This document shows, piece after piece, positions 1 to 9,802 of a stretch of DNA of 64,000 bases. A model generated the notes under the pieces. That model made no database searches, was not told where the DNA came from, and saw only the letters and a list, made by a program, of their open reading frames with translations. Origin of the DNA: Ruditapes philippinarum (lineage: Eukaryota); the NCBI RefSeq assembly GCF_026571515.1, contig NW_026853784.1, positions 62,001 to 126,000 on the forward strand, read 5' to 3'. A program made the translations under genes and the position numbers. Every line of letters starts with the position of its first letter. Position 1 is the first letter of the stretch.

Positions 1-727
1 CTCTAATACTTCATGGTGCGGTGAAAATATTTACTTTAAAACCATGGTTTTATACTCTGACCTTAATCGTTCTACATTGTCTTTTGTGATAATTTTGATA
101 AAAAGATTTTCTTTTTGGTATTAGGAACAAGAAGAGTAAAATAAATTTGAAGTATGTCATTCTTAAGAACAAAGCCATTGCTTAAAATTGTTTATTTATT
201 GTGACCACTTAAAACTAACATGTAACATGAGTGTATCACTATTTAATAAAGTCTCTTAACAATTTGAAACAATAATTTCTAAAATGTACAAGGTGTCAAG
301 GACTATAATATGGGACCTCAGCTTTCAGTTTCATCTATTTGACTCATTTCTTAAAATTATCTTTTTACAACTTATTCATAATTATATACATGCAGTAAAT
401 ACCCACAAATTTCACACATGCATGAGGACAAGGACAAAACAACATGCTTTCTAAATTATCAAGGATGGGTGACCATGATGAAATAAAGAAAACTTCTATT
501 ATGACAATATACCAAACCAAAATGTGATGGATATACAATGTACATAATACATACATATATAGGTGTATACATATAAAATATAACACACAAGAATTGAAGA
601 TACAGTGTAATGAGGTATGGTTATACTGAGGACAAACTCAATACCAGTGTATGGCAGGCAGGGATACAAAAATATATGCCCTTCATTGAAAAAGATAGAC
701 ATTTTTTAGTTTCCTGAACATGCCTGA

Positions 728-912
728 TTTTATTTCATAAATAAAAACTTACCTGGAATAACAGTATGAATACTCTTTTTCTGATCCGCATAATAAACTT
801 TCTCCCGGAAGTTGATAAACTTTTCGTGAGGCGCATGCGCACTCTCGGCAAGTTATCTACTTCCTCCTCTCCCAGTAAACGTCAGTTCTCTTTTTCTTGC
901 GAAAGTATTCGC
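728..912 (+). repeat. DIRS left inverted terminal repeat
   Basis: About 747-912 is the reverse complement of about 5831-5994. Contains GCGCATGCGC (831-840) and CCGGAAG promoter-like motifs. Confidence 0.93.
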
Positions 913-996
913 TTCGTCCGCGGTTAATTTTTAGTTTTGATTAGTTTCTTTAGTGGAAATTAGTTTCTCTACTTGAGATTTATCCAGTTTTGTCTT

Positions 997-2451
997 ATGG
1001 CGACGTGTCATCATGCAGAAGAGGGTGAAATTACGTCTGAAAACGACAGATTTTCTGACGAGCCTCATGACAAGAATATGGCGTCGCCAACACGTGGAGA
1101 TCTATCGAGTAGAAATGACACCGTTTCTTACGTGTCGGCAGGAGAAAATACTGCTAATAAATTGCTATTGACTAAAGACAAAGGCAAAAAGAAAAGTCGT
1201 TCGAAAAAATACGACGAATTGAGCAACAGAATGTGTAATATGGAAAAAATGTTGCAAACTTTTTTAGATAAACAATCCGGTGAAAAAAATGAACAAACTG
1301 TGACAAATCAGTTAAATGATGATACTAATGGACAAAGAAAAAAGTCAAATTCTAAAGGAAATCGTGACAAATTTTTATTTGACTCCAGTGAAGATGATTC
1401 TGACTCTGACATGTTGTCAATTTTTGCTGGCGGTCAAATTTCTCCTGCTCATGAAAATAATGATAGCGCCATGTTGGACAAAAACAACAATAGGGAGGAA
1501 AATGTGGAAAATCTCTCTGAAAATACAAGAAAATGTTTATTTGAAATGTTCGGTGAAGATGCAGTTGTTAAAAAAGTTGAACAGAAAAAGGGTTTAACCT
1601 TGGACAAATCACAAATTGAGGTTATTGATAGTGGTTATAGATGTAAACAACCAAACTTTTTGTCTGCTTTTGCCGAGGAAAATTTTGACCTTTTTCCAGT
1701 TGATGCAGATGCTGAAAAATTGCTAGAGGTGCCATCACTGGATGATATGGTAGAAGTATGTCTTACTAAAAGATATGGGCCTAGGGCTTCTTTTGCTAAA
1801 GGAAAACAGTTATATACACAACCAGCTAAGATGATAGAAAAAGTTGCATATAAAGGGCAGCAAGCTGCTCGGTTAGGACTCGTTATTCAAATGTATATAC
1901 AACAAAGTCTCGGTAACCTACTTCAAATGCTAAATTCTACTGATTTTGAAAGAGATCAAGCTTCTCAGATGGTCAAAGATATTTTTGCTATGAGTACGAA
2001 GTGTTTAGACCAAATTGGAAGAACTGGTGCTTTCCATCATATTGTTAGAAGATCATGTTGTATGAAGGATACAGGTCTGCATGAACAAACTGATAAATGG
2101 GACTATTACAATTTACCTTTGTCAGGGGATGGTGTTTTTGGCAAAGAACTAGAAACTTTGTTGAAAGACAAGAAAGAAAAACGTAAACAAGTTGATGATC
2201 TAATCCCAGATCTGAACAAGAAACGGAAATTATCAGCATCTGGTAATTTCTCGGAGTATAAAAAGAAACAACCGATAGAGAAATTGACTGAAAAACCAAG
2301 CACTTCTTCGTATGGGTTGAACAATTTTCGTATCCCTAAGATCTCAAGATCTGACAGCCGGGGAAAGTTTCGTGGCAGAGGTTATAGCTACGGGACGAGA
2401 CGACCCCCATCTGGTAGAGGAAAGCCAGTGGCAAAAACAGATGAAAAATGA
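997..2451 (+). CDS. DIRS ORF1, gag-like protein
   Basis: First ORF inside the element (ATG at 997, in frame with ORF 973-2451). Low-complexity N-terminus and basic RG-rich C-terminus. Assigned by position. Confidence 0.8.
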   Translation: MATCHHAEEGEITSENDRFSDEPHDKNMASPTRGDLSSRNDTVSYVSAGENTANKLLLTKDKGKKKSRSKKYDELSNRMCNMEKMLQTFLDKQSGEKNEQTVTNQLNDDTNGQRKKSNSKGNRDKFLFDSSEDDSDSDMLSIFAGGQISPAHENNDSAMLDKNNNREENVENLSENTRKCLFEMFGEDAVVKKVEQKKGLTLDKSQIEVIDSGYRCKQPNFLSAFAEENFDLFPVDADAEKLLEVPSLDDMVEVCLTKRYGPRASFAKGKQLYTQPAKMIEKVAYKGQQAARLGLVIQMYIQQSLGNLLQMLNSTDFERDQASQMVKDIFAMSTKCLDQIGRTGAFHHIVRRSCCMKDTGLHEQTDKWDYYNLPLSGDGVFGKELETLLKDKKEKRKQVDDLIPDLNKKRKLSASGNFSEYKKKQPIEKLTEKPSTSSYGLNNFRIPKISRSDSRGKFRGRGYSYGTRRPPSGRGKPVAKTDEK

Positions 2452-4507
2452 CTTGGTAAGTGTAATAGTAAAATATCCGGAGATACCTGTTGGGGGCAGA
2501 CTGTCTCATTTCCTATCACATTGGCAACAAATCACCACAGACAAATGGGTGTTAGACGTGATAAGTCAGGGTTACAAGTTAGAATTCGAGGAAAAACCTC
2601 AGTTTTTAGGCATAAAATCAACACGTGTCCCTGCAAAAAGTCAAAATATAATCAAACAAGAAATAATATCTCTTTTAGAAAAAAATGCTATAGAAGTTGT
2701 CAATCCAAAACTAGCAAATTCAGGTTTTTACAGCACATTATTTTTAGTTCCAAAAAAGAACGGGGAAATGAGACCAGTGATAAATTTGAAACCCCTCAAC
2801 AAGTATCTCCGCAAACAACATTTCAAGATGGACACTTTGGCAAAAATATTAAACCTTGTAGAAAAAGAAGACTGGGCTTTTTCAATAGATTTGAAAGATG
2901 CTTATTTCCATATAAAAATTTTCAAAAATCATCGCAAGTATCTGCGCTTCCATTTTCAAGGAGTAACTTACCAATTTCGAACACTATGTTTTGGCCCAAC
3001 AAGTGCTCCTCGAGTCTTTGTCAAAATAATTTCAGTGGTAGTCGCACATCTGAGAAAATTCAATATTCGTCTAGCAAGTTATCTAGACGATTGGTTAGCA
3101 GTAAACAAAACAAAAATGTTATTGTTGAAAGATCGTTATCAAATACTCAGCCTTCTCTTTCATTTAGGGTTCATCATAAACAAGGAAAAATCACAACTTG
3201 TTCCAATGCAAACTCTCAATTATCTGGGCAGTTATTGGGATTTAATGAAAGGGCTAGTGTTTCCAAGCATGGAAAGACTGGAAAAATTAAAAACAGCTGT
3301 GTCAAACATTCAAAAGGGTCAATGCACTGCAAGACATTTCTTAGTCCTACTCGGAATGATAGCCTCATGTCTAGAGCTTATTCCAAATGCCAGGCTGTTC
3401 ATGAGACCTATACAACTTCATTTATTAAAAAATTGGAGCCCTATCAGAATGAATCTGTCTACAAAAATTCCTTTAACACCTCAACTGATCCAGGATCTGA
3501 ATTGGTTCTTATTGGATCAGAACATTGGCTTGGGCAGATCATTACTGAAAGACAACTTTCAAATAACACTGACCACAGATGCCAGTGGCTACGGTTGGGG
3601 AGGTCACATGAACAGCTTGACATGTCAAGGTCAGTGGACTTTGTCAGAAAAAATGCTTCATATAAATTGTCAGGAAATGTTAGCAGTAATGTTCAGTCTC
3701 AAACATTTTCTATCAAAACTGAAGGGCAAGAATGTTCTAGTCCGATCAGACAATACAACTGTTTGCCAATACATCAATCGGCAGGGGGGCACGAGATCAG
3801 CCCAATTATGCAATATGACTATGCGCCTTTGGCAACTGGCCCTGGAGAACAATATTTTGCTGAAAGCTGCTCATATTTTGGGAAAGAAGAATGTGTTGGC
3901 GGATACACTGAGCAGGGAGAGAGTATGTCAGACAGAGTGGTCCTTGAACAAGACAGTGGTTCTGAAATTGTTCGAGCTTTGGGGTCATCCAATGATGGAC
4001 CTGTTTGCTACTTTCCAGAACAAAAAGACTCCACTGTTTTGCTCTTGGATACACCATTCTCAAGCATTTGCCCTAGATGCTCTGTCAATTCCATGGGAAA
4101 ATCTCTTTGCTTATGCGTTTCCACCAGCACAACTTGTTCCCAAAGTACTCAGTCACATGCAAAAATATCATTGTACAATAATACTAATAGCAAATCAGTG
4201 GCCAAGACAACATCATTATCCACTGTTACTGAAAATGTTAATTGCAAATCCAATCAATCTGCCATGCAGCCAAATGCTCTTGACTCAATGCAGGGGTCGA
4301 ATATCACACCCTCATCCAGAGTCTCTGCATTTGACTGCATGGCTGTTGTCAACAGACATTGGTCGTCAAAGGGCCTTTCTGGAAACACAAGAAAATTACT
4401 GTCTAAGTCATGGAGATCTGGCACACGTAGGGATTATCAAAGCAAATTCAAACAATTTAATAGCTGGTGTTGTGAAAGACAAATTGATCCGTATATTGCC
4501 ACTTTAG
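2372..4507 (+). CDS. DIRS pol: reverse transcriptase, RNase H and DNA N6-adenine methyltransferase-like domain
   Basis: PVGGRL, FLVPKK..RPVINLK, DLKDAY, FG..SAP, YLDD (RT); TDAS, RSDN, N..AD.LSR (RNase H); DLFA..N.K and YAFPP (methyltransferase-like). Confidence 0.95.
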   Translation: MAEVIATGRDDPHLVEESQWQKQMKNDLVSVIVKYPEIPVGGRLSHFLSHWQQITTDKWVLDVISQGYKLEFEEKPQFLGIKSTRVPAKSQNIIKQEIISLLEKNAIEVVNPKLANSGFYSTLFLVPKKNGEMRPVINLKPLNKYLRKQHFKMDTLAKILNLVEKEDWAFSIDLKDAYFHIKIFKNHRKYLRFHFQGVTYQFRTLCFGPTSAPRVFVKIISVVVAHLRKFNIRLASYLDDWLAVNKTKMLLLKDRYQILSLLFHLGFIINKEKSQLVPMQTLNYLGSYWDLMKGLVFPSMERLEKLKTAVSNIQKGQCTARHFLVLLGMIASCLELIPNARLFMRPIQLHLLKNWSPIRMNLSTKIPLTPQLIQDLNWFLLDQNIGLGRSLLKDNFQITLTTDASGYGWGGHMNSLTCQGQWTLSEKMLHINCQEMLAVMFSLKHFLSKLKGKNVLVRSDNTTVCQYINRQGGTRSAQLCNMTMRLWQLALENNILLKAAHILGKKNVLADTLSRERVCQTEWSLNKTVVLKLFELWGHPMMDLFATFQNKKTPLFCSWIHHSQAFALDALSIPWENLFAYAFPPAQLVPKVLSHMQKYHCTIILIANQWPRQHHYPLLLKMLIANPINLPCSQMLLTQCRGRISHPHPESLHLTAWLLSTDIGRQRAFLETQENYCLSHGDLAHVGIIKANSNNLIAGVVKDKLIRILPL

Positions 4508-5331
4508 CGGAATGTGCAGATTTTTTGACATATTTGTTTGATAAAGGTCTCAAATACAGAACTATTAATGGTTATAGATCGATGTTGTCTTCAATTTTGG
4601 GCCCAGTTGATAATACACCTATCGGACAACATCCTTTTATTATAAGATTGTTAAGAGCTGTTTTCAACGAACGTCCTCCTTTAAAAAAATTAGTACCTGA
4701 ATGGGATCTTCTTTTCATTTTAGATTCATTGAAGAAAGCTCCATTTGAACCGCTGAAGGATGCATCTTTACGTTACCTTACTTGGAAAGTTTGTTTTCTG
4801 TTGGCGATTACCACTTTTCGGCGTTGCAGTGATTTGCAATCGTTACGTTTAGGTGAAAACTATGTTAATGTCCAGAAGAAAGGATTGACTTTTATAAGAA
4901 CTGGCTTATCAAAGCAAGATAGACCGAATCATTCGGATAGAAATATTTTCATTCCAGCATTACCAAAAAACAGGACTTTAGATCCTAAAAGAGTGCTTTT
5001 TCATTATTTAAAAAGAACAGAAAAATTTCGTAATGCAGGATCTGACCAAGAAATTGTTAAGTTGTTCATTGCAACAAAGAAACCCCATAAACCAGTTTCA
5101 GCTCAGACTATATCCAGATGGTTGGTTAGCATTATTAAGTTTTGTTACAAGTCACAAAGTAAAGACGTAGGTAAAATAAAAGGTCATTCTACTCGCAGCA
5201 TTGGGCCTTCCTTTGCATTGTTTAAAGGTGCTTCACTTCAGCAGATAATGGAAAGTGCCGATTGGTCAAGAGAAACTACGTTTACTCGGCACTATTTAAG
5301 GACTATAAATACAGATTATATGAATGTGTAA
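2521..5331 (+). CDS. DIRS tyrosine recombinase ORF with long N-terminal extension overlapping pol
   Basis: C-terminal YR catalytic residues: R (TFRRCSDL), H-x-x-R (GHSTR), W (ADWS), Y (FTRHY). True start codon uncertain. Confidence 0.92.
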   Translation: MATNHHRQMGVRRDKSGLQVRIRGKTSVFRHKINTCPCKKSKYNQTRNNISFRKKCYRSCQSKTSKFRFLQHIIFSSKKERGNETSDKFETPQQVSPQTTFQDGHFGKNIKPCRKRRLGFFNRFERCLFPYKNFQKSSQVSALPFSRSNLPISNTMFWPNKCSSSLCQNNFSGSRTSEKIQYSSSKLSRRLVSSKQNKNVIVERSLSNTQPSLSFRVHHKQGKITTCSNANSQLSGQLLGFNERASVSKHGKTGKIKNSCVKHSKGSMHCKTFLSPTRNDSLMSRAYSKCQAVHETYTTSFIKKLEPYQNESVYKNSFNTSTDPGSELVLIGSEHWLGQIITERQLSNNTDHRCQWLRLGRSHEQLDMSRSVDFVRKNASYKLSGNVSSNVQSQTFSIKTEGQECSSPIRQYNCLPIHQSAGGHEISPIMQYDYAPLATGPGEQYFAESCSYFGKEECVGGYTEQGESMSDRVVLEQDSGSEIVRALGSSNDGPVCYFPEQKDSTVLLLDTPFSSICPRCSVNSMGKSLCLCVSTSTTCSQSTQSHAKISLYNNTNSKSVAKTTSLSTVTENVNCKSNQSAMQPNALDSMQGSNITPSSRVSAFDCMAVVNRHWSSKGLSGNTRKLLSKSWRSGTRRDYQSKFKQFNSWCCERQIDPYIATLAECADFLTYLFDKGLKYRTINGYRSMLSSILGPVDNTPIGQHPFIIRLLRAVFNERPPLKKLVPEWDLLFILDSLKKAPFEPLKDASLRYLTWKVCFLLAITTFRRCSDLQSLRLGENYVNVQKKGLTFIRTGLSKQDRPNHSDRNIFIPALPKNRTLDPKRVLFHYLKRTEKFRNAGSDQEIVKLFIATKKPHKPVSAQTISRWLVSIIKFCYKSQSKDVGKIKGHSTRSIGPSFALFKGASLQQIMESADWSRETTFTRHYLRTINTDYMNV

Positions 5332-5686
5332 TCACTTCATTTGGAACTTTTCTCTTAATTCTTGCGGATCGCAGGATATTTTGTTTATTTTTATGTTAAG
5401 ACATCGAGAAAGATGTCAAGACATTGAGGAAGATGTCCATTAAATGATGATGTTTGTATGTAAATACAGTGGGATAGAACTATTTTGTAAATATACATTT
5501 GTATATATGACTGTTAAGAAGCAATAGGAATTCCTCATTTGTATGTTTGGAAGAAACAGATGATGAAGATCATGCTCATTTCATTCTACTAAGGTGAGTA
5601 GGAATGAATTTCTTAGTTTTTTGAAGTATATGATTATTTATGAAAGATTCCCACCACCAGTCTTACATTGCTGTAAAATCTGGTTT

Positions 5687-5793
5687 TATTCATACTGTTA
5701 TTCCAGGTAAGTTTTTATTTATGAAATAAAAATTATAAATTTGTTTTCAAATTGAAGTTTTATGAATAAATAATACTTACCTGGAATAACAGT
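5687..5793. repeat. DIRS internal complementary region (ICR)
   Basis: First half is the reverse complement of the element's left end and second half is the reverse complement of the right end, joined at GAAAT-AAAAA-TTATAAAT. Confidence 0.93.
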
Positions 5794-5830
5794 TACCCTC
5801 CCAACCTCCCCTCTTTCTTTCAGTCCTGGG

Positions 5831-6040
5831 GCGAATACTTTCGCCAGAAAAGGAACTGACGTTTACTGGGAGAGGAGGAAGTAGATAACTTGCCGAGAGT
5901 GCGCATGCGCCTCACGAAAAGTTTATCAACTTCCGGGAGAAAGTTTATTATGCGGATCAGAAAAAGAGTATTCATACTGTTATTCCAGGTAAGTATTATT
6001 TATTCATAAAACTTCAATTTGAAAACAAATTTATAATTTT
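5831..6040 (-). repeat. DIRS right inverted terminal repeat with right extension
   Basis: Reverse complement of the left ITR, plus a unique extension of about 45 bp that matches the ICR. Confidence 0.93.
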
Positions 6041-6397
6041 GTTTATTTTCCTTATTTTTATCATAAAATTGGCAACCATGTTTAATAGGTAAGCAAGAAA
6101 ATTTCTTTTCATTAAATTTGACAAATATGCCCAATTATGGTGCTTGCTTTATATTAAAATTCTAAAATAACAAAACTTACCATATTTTAGTATTGTATAA
6201 CATATATCACACATTACAAGCACATATCGGGAACTCTGTGTGTTATACATACTAAGATATGGAAGGTACATAGTCTGATAGATATAAATGAAAATTTTTC
6301 AGCCAAACAAATTACAGTGTCATGGTTTAAATATTTGAAATACATTTGATGACTCAGAGCCACTCAAAATGGCGGAATTACAAATTTTCTCACTTAC

Positions 6398-6418
6398 CTC
6401 ATCGGATTCAGAATCGTT
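6398..6418 (-). CDS. Candidate 21-nt microexon (NDSESDE) of the CCDC181-like gene
   Basis: Minus strand reads ataacag|AACGATTCTGAATCCGATGAG|gtaagtg. Phase 0/0 is compatible with the upstream exon ending at 12059. Confidence 0.5.
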
Positions 6419-8135
6419 CTGTTATATGAAATGAAAACAAACACAAATACAGAATTGTTTTGTTACAAACATGCATGGCCTTCTTAATTCAGCCCCATAC
6501 ACACACCATTAAGAATTGTTAGATCATTTTGTGTCAACACACTGTGTTTAAATTACATGTATGTGGATAGCAATTAATCCCAACCATGCTTCTTATCACT
6601 TTCGGTTCCAGCAGGTTAAGGGTTTAAACCTGTCACATTTTCATAGAGCCTCACCTGATTCTATAGTCAGGTTGCTCAATTTTAGCTTTTTCATTTATAC
6701 AAAAACGCTTAAAATATCAATGGAAAGGTCCAAATTCAAACCAGGGCTTGACCATTATACAACATGTGTTGTGAAAGCCTTGCGTTTAAAATTAATTTAT
6801 TTTATTTTAGGATCACATAAACTTCATTTAAGGACCACACCAAATTCATTTAAGGAAGACCCGTCTTTACTATAACTTTGAAGGTATGTTTAGTGTTTAA
6901 TTTGGCTATGCAATTATCTATTATTTTTATCATTACATTTAACCTATATAATCTTATACATATATAGCTCAATAATTAGTTTGAGGTATAGATCTGGAGC
7001 CAATATTATTGATTTTATATTAGAGTAGAGGGTTTCAGCTTTCATATGTTTCATTGGTTTGTTACTCTTTGATTACGTTGGACAATAGCCATTTTATCTC
7101 CAGGGGGAAGTTGATATCTCAACGGTAATTAACATGTTTAAATATTGAATATACAAGTATGAATTTATTGGAGGTAGCAGACAAATTGAATAAGAATAGC
7201 TACCAGTAAGATGATAATAAACTACAAAGCGATTGATTCAACTATAAATTCTTTCCTTATATCTTTAAAGTAATCAAACAAAAATAGATCTATGTGGAAA
7301 TGAAAGCCACTGAATAAAAAGTATGTTAATTTGTAAAAATTTGTAAAAATAAAATCCTCTATTTTCCCCCAGGATATTCACTATACAACTGTAAAATCTC
7401 AAAAAGTTAATAACGGTTTATATCCAGGATGCGAAAAAAGTCTGAAAATAAACTATAAACTTTTTTGGCTAACTTTCTTATCTTGGCCAACTTTCCTACC
7501 TAATATCTCAAAATATGAGGTCAAAATCAACCATTTAGATGCTTCATATTAAAGGCAGATTTTCATATTAAATAATAATGTGCGAAGTTGTGATATAAAA
7601 GTCATATTCCATGTAATAGACCAAAAGATATATAGGGGTATAGTGTTTAGTAATCAATGACATAAAATTATCATATAATTTAAATTTCTTGATGCAGTTA
7701 GCTAAATAAAATAACAAACTATTAAATAAATAGCAAAATAACATGTCTTGTTTTAGTCTAGCTTCAGACACACACAAGCCAGTTCATGCATCTTCAATGA
7801 CATATGGAGCTAATTTTGTACCATACCATCATAATTTATTTACAGATATACCTGTCTTCAGTTGTGAAATTTAATCAATGTATATGAATGTGCGGTTTAG
7901 AGTGCAGTTTAGAGAAAGGAATAATGGACGGCAGTAAGGGATGAAACATTCAGTCATTGACTCAAAATTTCATTGCTGTATTGGTTTAGAAAAATAATCC
8001 CAATAAAGAGGTATCTTTAATCAATTAGTATTAAAAATCTCGAAAAAGGGGTGATCACTTAGAAGCTATTAAACAACACTTAATGAAAACTGCAGATTCA
8101 GTAGGTACTGAGTCTGTTCATGAGAGATAATATAA

Positions 8136-8270
8136 ACTAGAAAAATGTCCATATGACATGGATGCACCCACATTCCACTGTTTTGTAAGTCTACATACAG
8201 AGGGACAGTATGACAGATAGGTAAAGGAGTCTACATGACTCCCTCTACCCCTAAGTGGTTGGGGCATAAA
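8136..8270 (+). mobile_element. Minimal HINE/pearl-like element without internal array
   Basis: Starts AACTAGAAA, has GACA-type microsatellite-like remnants, and ends in a CCCC...GGGGCATAA hairpin. Ends resemble the element at 18023-19197. Confidence 0.45.
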
Positions 8271-8381
8271 AATGACATCCAATCTAAACAATGGCGACAC
8301 CTTGATTTTTCTCAATATTGAGCTGCAAGAATTTCAAATCTCAATTTTATACCCTATATAAAGTATGCTTAAAAGAAATTA

Positions 8382-9802
8382 AACAAGAGGGCCATGATGG
8401 CCCTGAGATCGCTCACCTGTATATAGGCCCCCCCCCCCAACGTTGCAGAGCCAATTTAACCCAAGGGCTTTTATTTGCACAAACTTGGTAGACACCCATA
8501 AGAAGATGTTTCATGCTAAACATTTAAGCTCTAGCTCATTGGGCTTTTTAAAAGAAGATTTTTTTTTAGTTTTTACTATACACATATAGTTAAAAACAAT
8601 GACACCCCTGGGGCCGGGCCAGTTTTGACCCCAGGGCTTTTATTTGAACAAACTTTGTAGACACTTACTAGAAGATGTTTCATGCTTAATATCTAAACTC
8701 TAGCTATTTGGGTTTTTTCAAAGAAGATTTAAAGTTTTTGCTAAACACATATAAAGAAAATCAATGACCCCCGGGGCGGGGCCAATTTTGACCCCTGGGC
8801 TTGTATTTGAACAAACTTGGTAGACACCTATTAGAACATGTTTGATGCTCAATATCTTAGCCATAGCTCTTTGAGTTCTTTAAAAGAAGATTTTTTAAGT
8901 TTTTACTATATGCATATAGGGAAAATCAATGACCCCCCGGGGCGGGGCCAATTTTCACCCCAGGGCTTTTATTTGAACAAACTTGGTAGACACCCATTAG
9001 AACATGTTTCATGCTAAATATCTTAGCTCTAGCTCTTTGGGTTCTTTAAAAGAAGATTTTTTAAGTTTTTACTATATGCATATAGGGAAAATCAATGACC
9101 CCCAGGGGCGGGGCCAATTTTGACCCCAGGGCTTTTATTTGAACAAACTTGGTAGACACACACTAGAAGATGTTTCATGCCAAATATCTAAGCTCTAGCT
9201 CTTTGAGTTCTTTAAAAGAAGATTTTTTAAGTTTTTACTATATGCATATAGGGAAAATCAATGACCCCCGGGGCGGGGCCAATTTTCACCCCAGGGCTTT
9301 TATTTGAACAAACTTGGTAGACACCCATTAGAACATGTTTCATGCTAAATATCTTAGCTCTAGCTCTTTGGGTTCTTTAAAAGAAGATTTTTTAAGTTTT
9401 TACTATATGCATATAGGGAAAATCAATGACCCCCTGGGGCGGGGCCAATTTTGACCCTAGGGCTTTTATTTGAACAAACTTGGTAGACACTCACTAGAAG
9501 ATGTTTCATGCCAAATATCTAAGCTCTAGCTCTTATGGTTTTTTAACAGAAGATATTTAAAGTTTTTTCTTTCGGTTGCCATGGCAACCAGAGTTTTGCA
9601 TGGAATTAAATTCTTTGAACAATTTTTAAAGGTGACCACCAAAGGAACATTCCTGTGAAGTTTGGATGAAATTGGCTTAGTGGTTTATGAGGAGATGTCA
9701 TTTAAAGTAAAAGTTTATGGACGGACGGACGGACGCCGGACGGACGCCGGACGAAAAGCGATCACAAAAGCTCACCCTGTCACTTTGTGACAGGTGAGCT
9801 AA
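8382..9802 (+). mobile_element. Helentron-associated (HINE/pearl-like) non-autonomous element with ~165-bp internal tandem array
   Basis: 5' ACAAGAGGGCCATGATGGCCCT hairpin; about 6.5 units of 165-166 bp; (GGAC)n microsatellite at 9719-9752; 3' hairpin AGCTCACC...GGTGAGCT; A-rich flanks. Confidence 0.85.

Larger units (their letters stand above)
728..6040 (+). mobile_element. Full-length DIRS1-type tyrosine-recombinase retrotransposon
   Basis: Inverted terminal repeats (728-912 and 5831-6040), internal complementary region 5687-5793, T-run termini, and three overlapping intact ORFs (gag-like; RT/RNase H/methyltransferase-like; YR). Confidence 0.96.

Noticed and set aside
5773-5784. U1 snRNA gene
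   Set aside because: Only the first 12 nt match. No U1 stem-loops or Sm site follow, and the sequence is part of the DIRS ICR.
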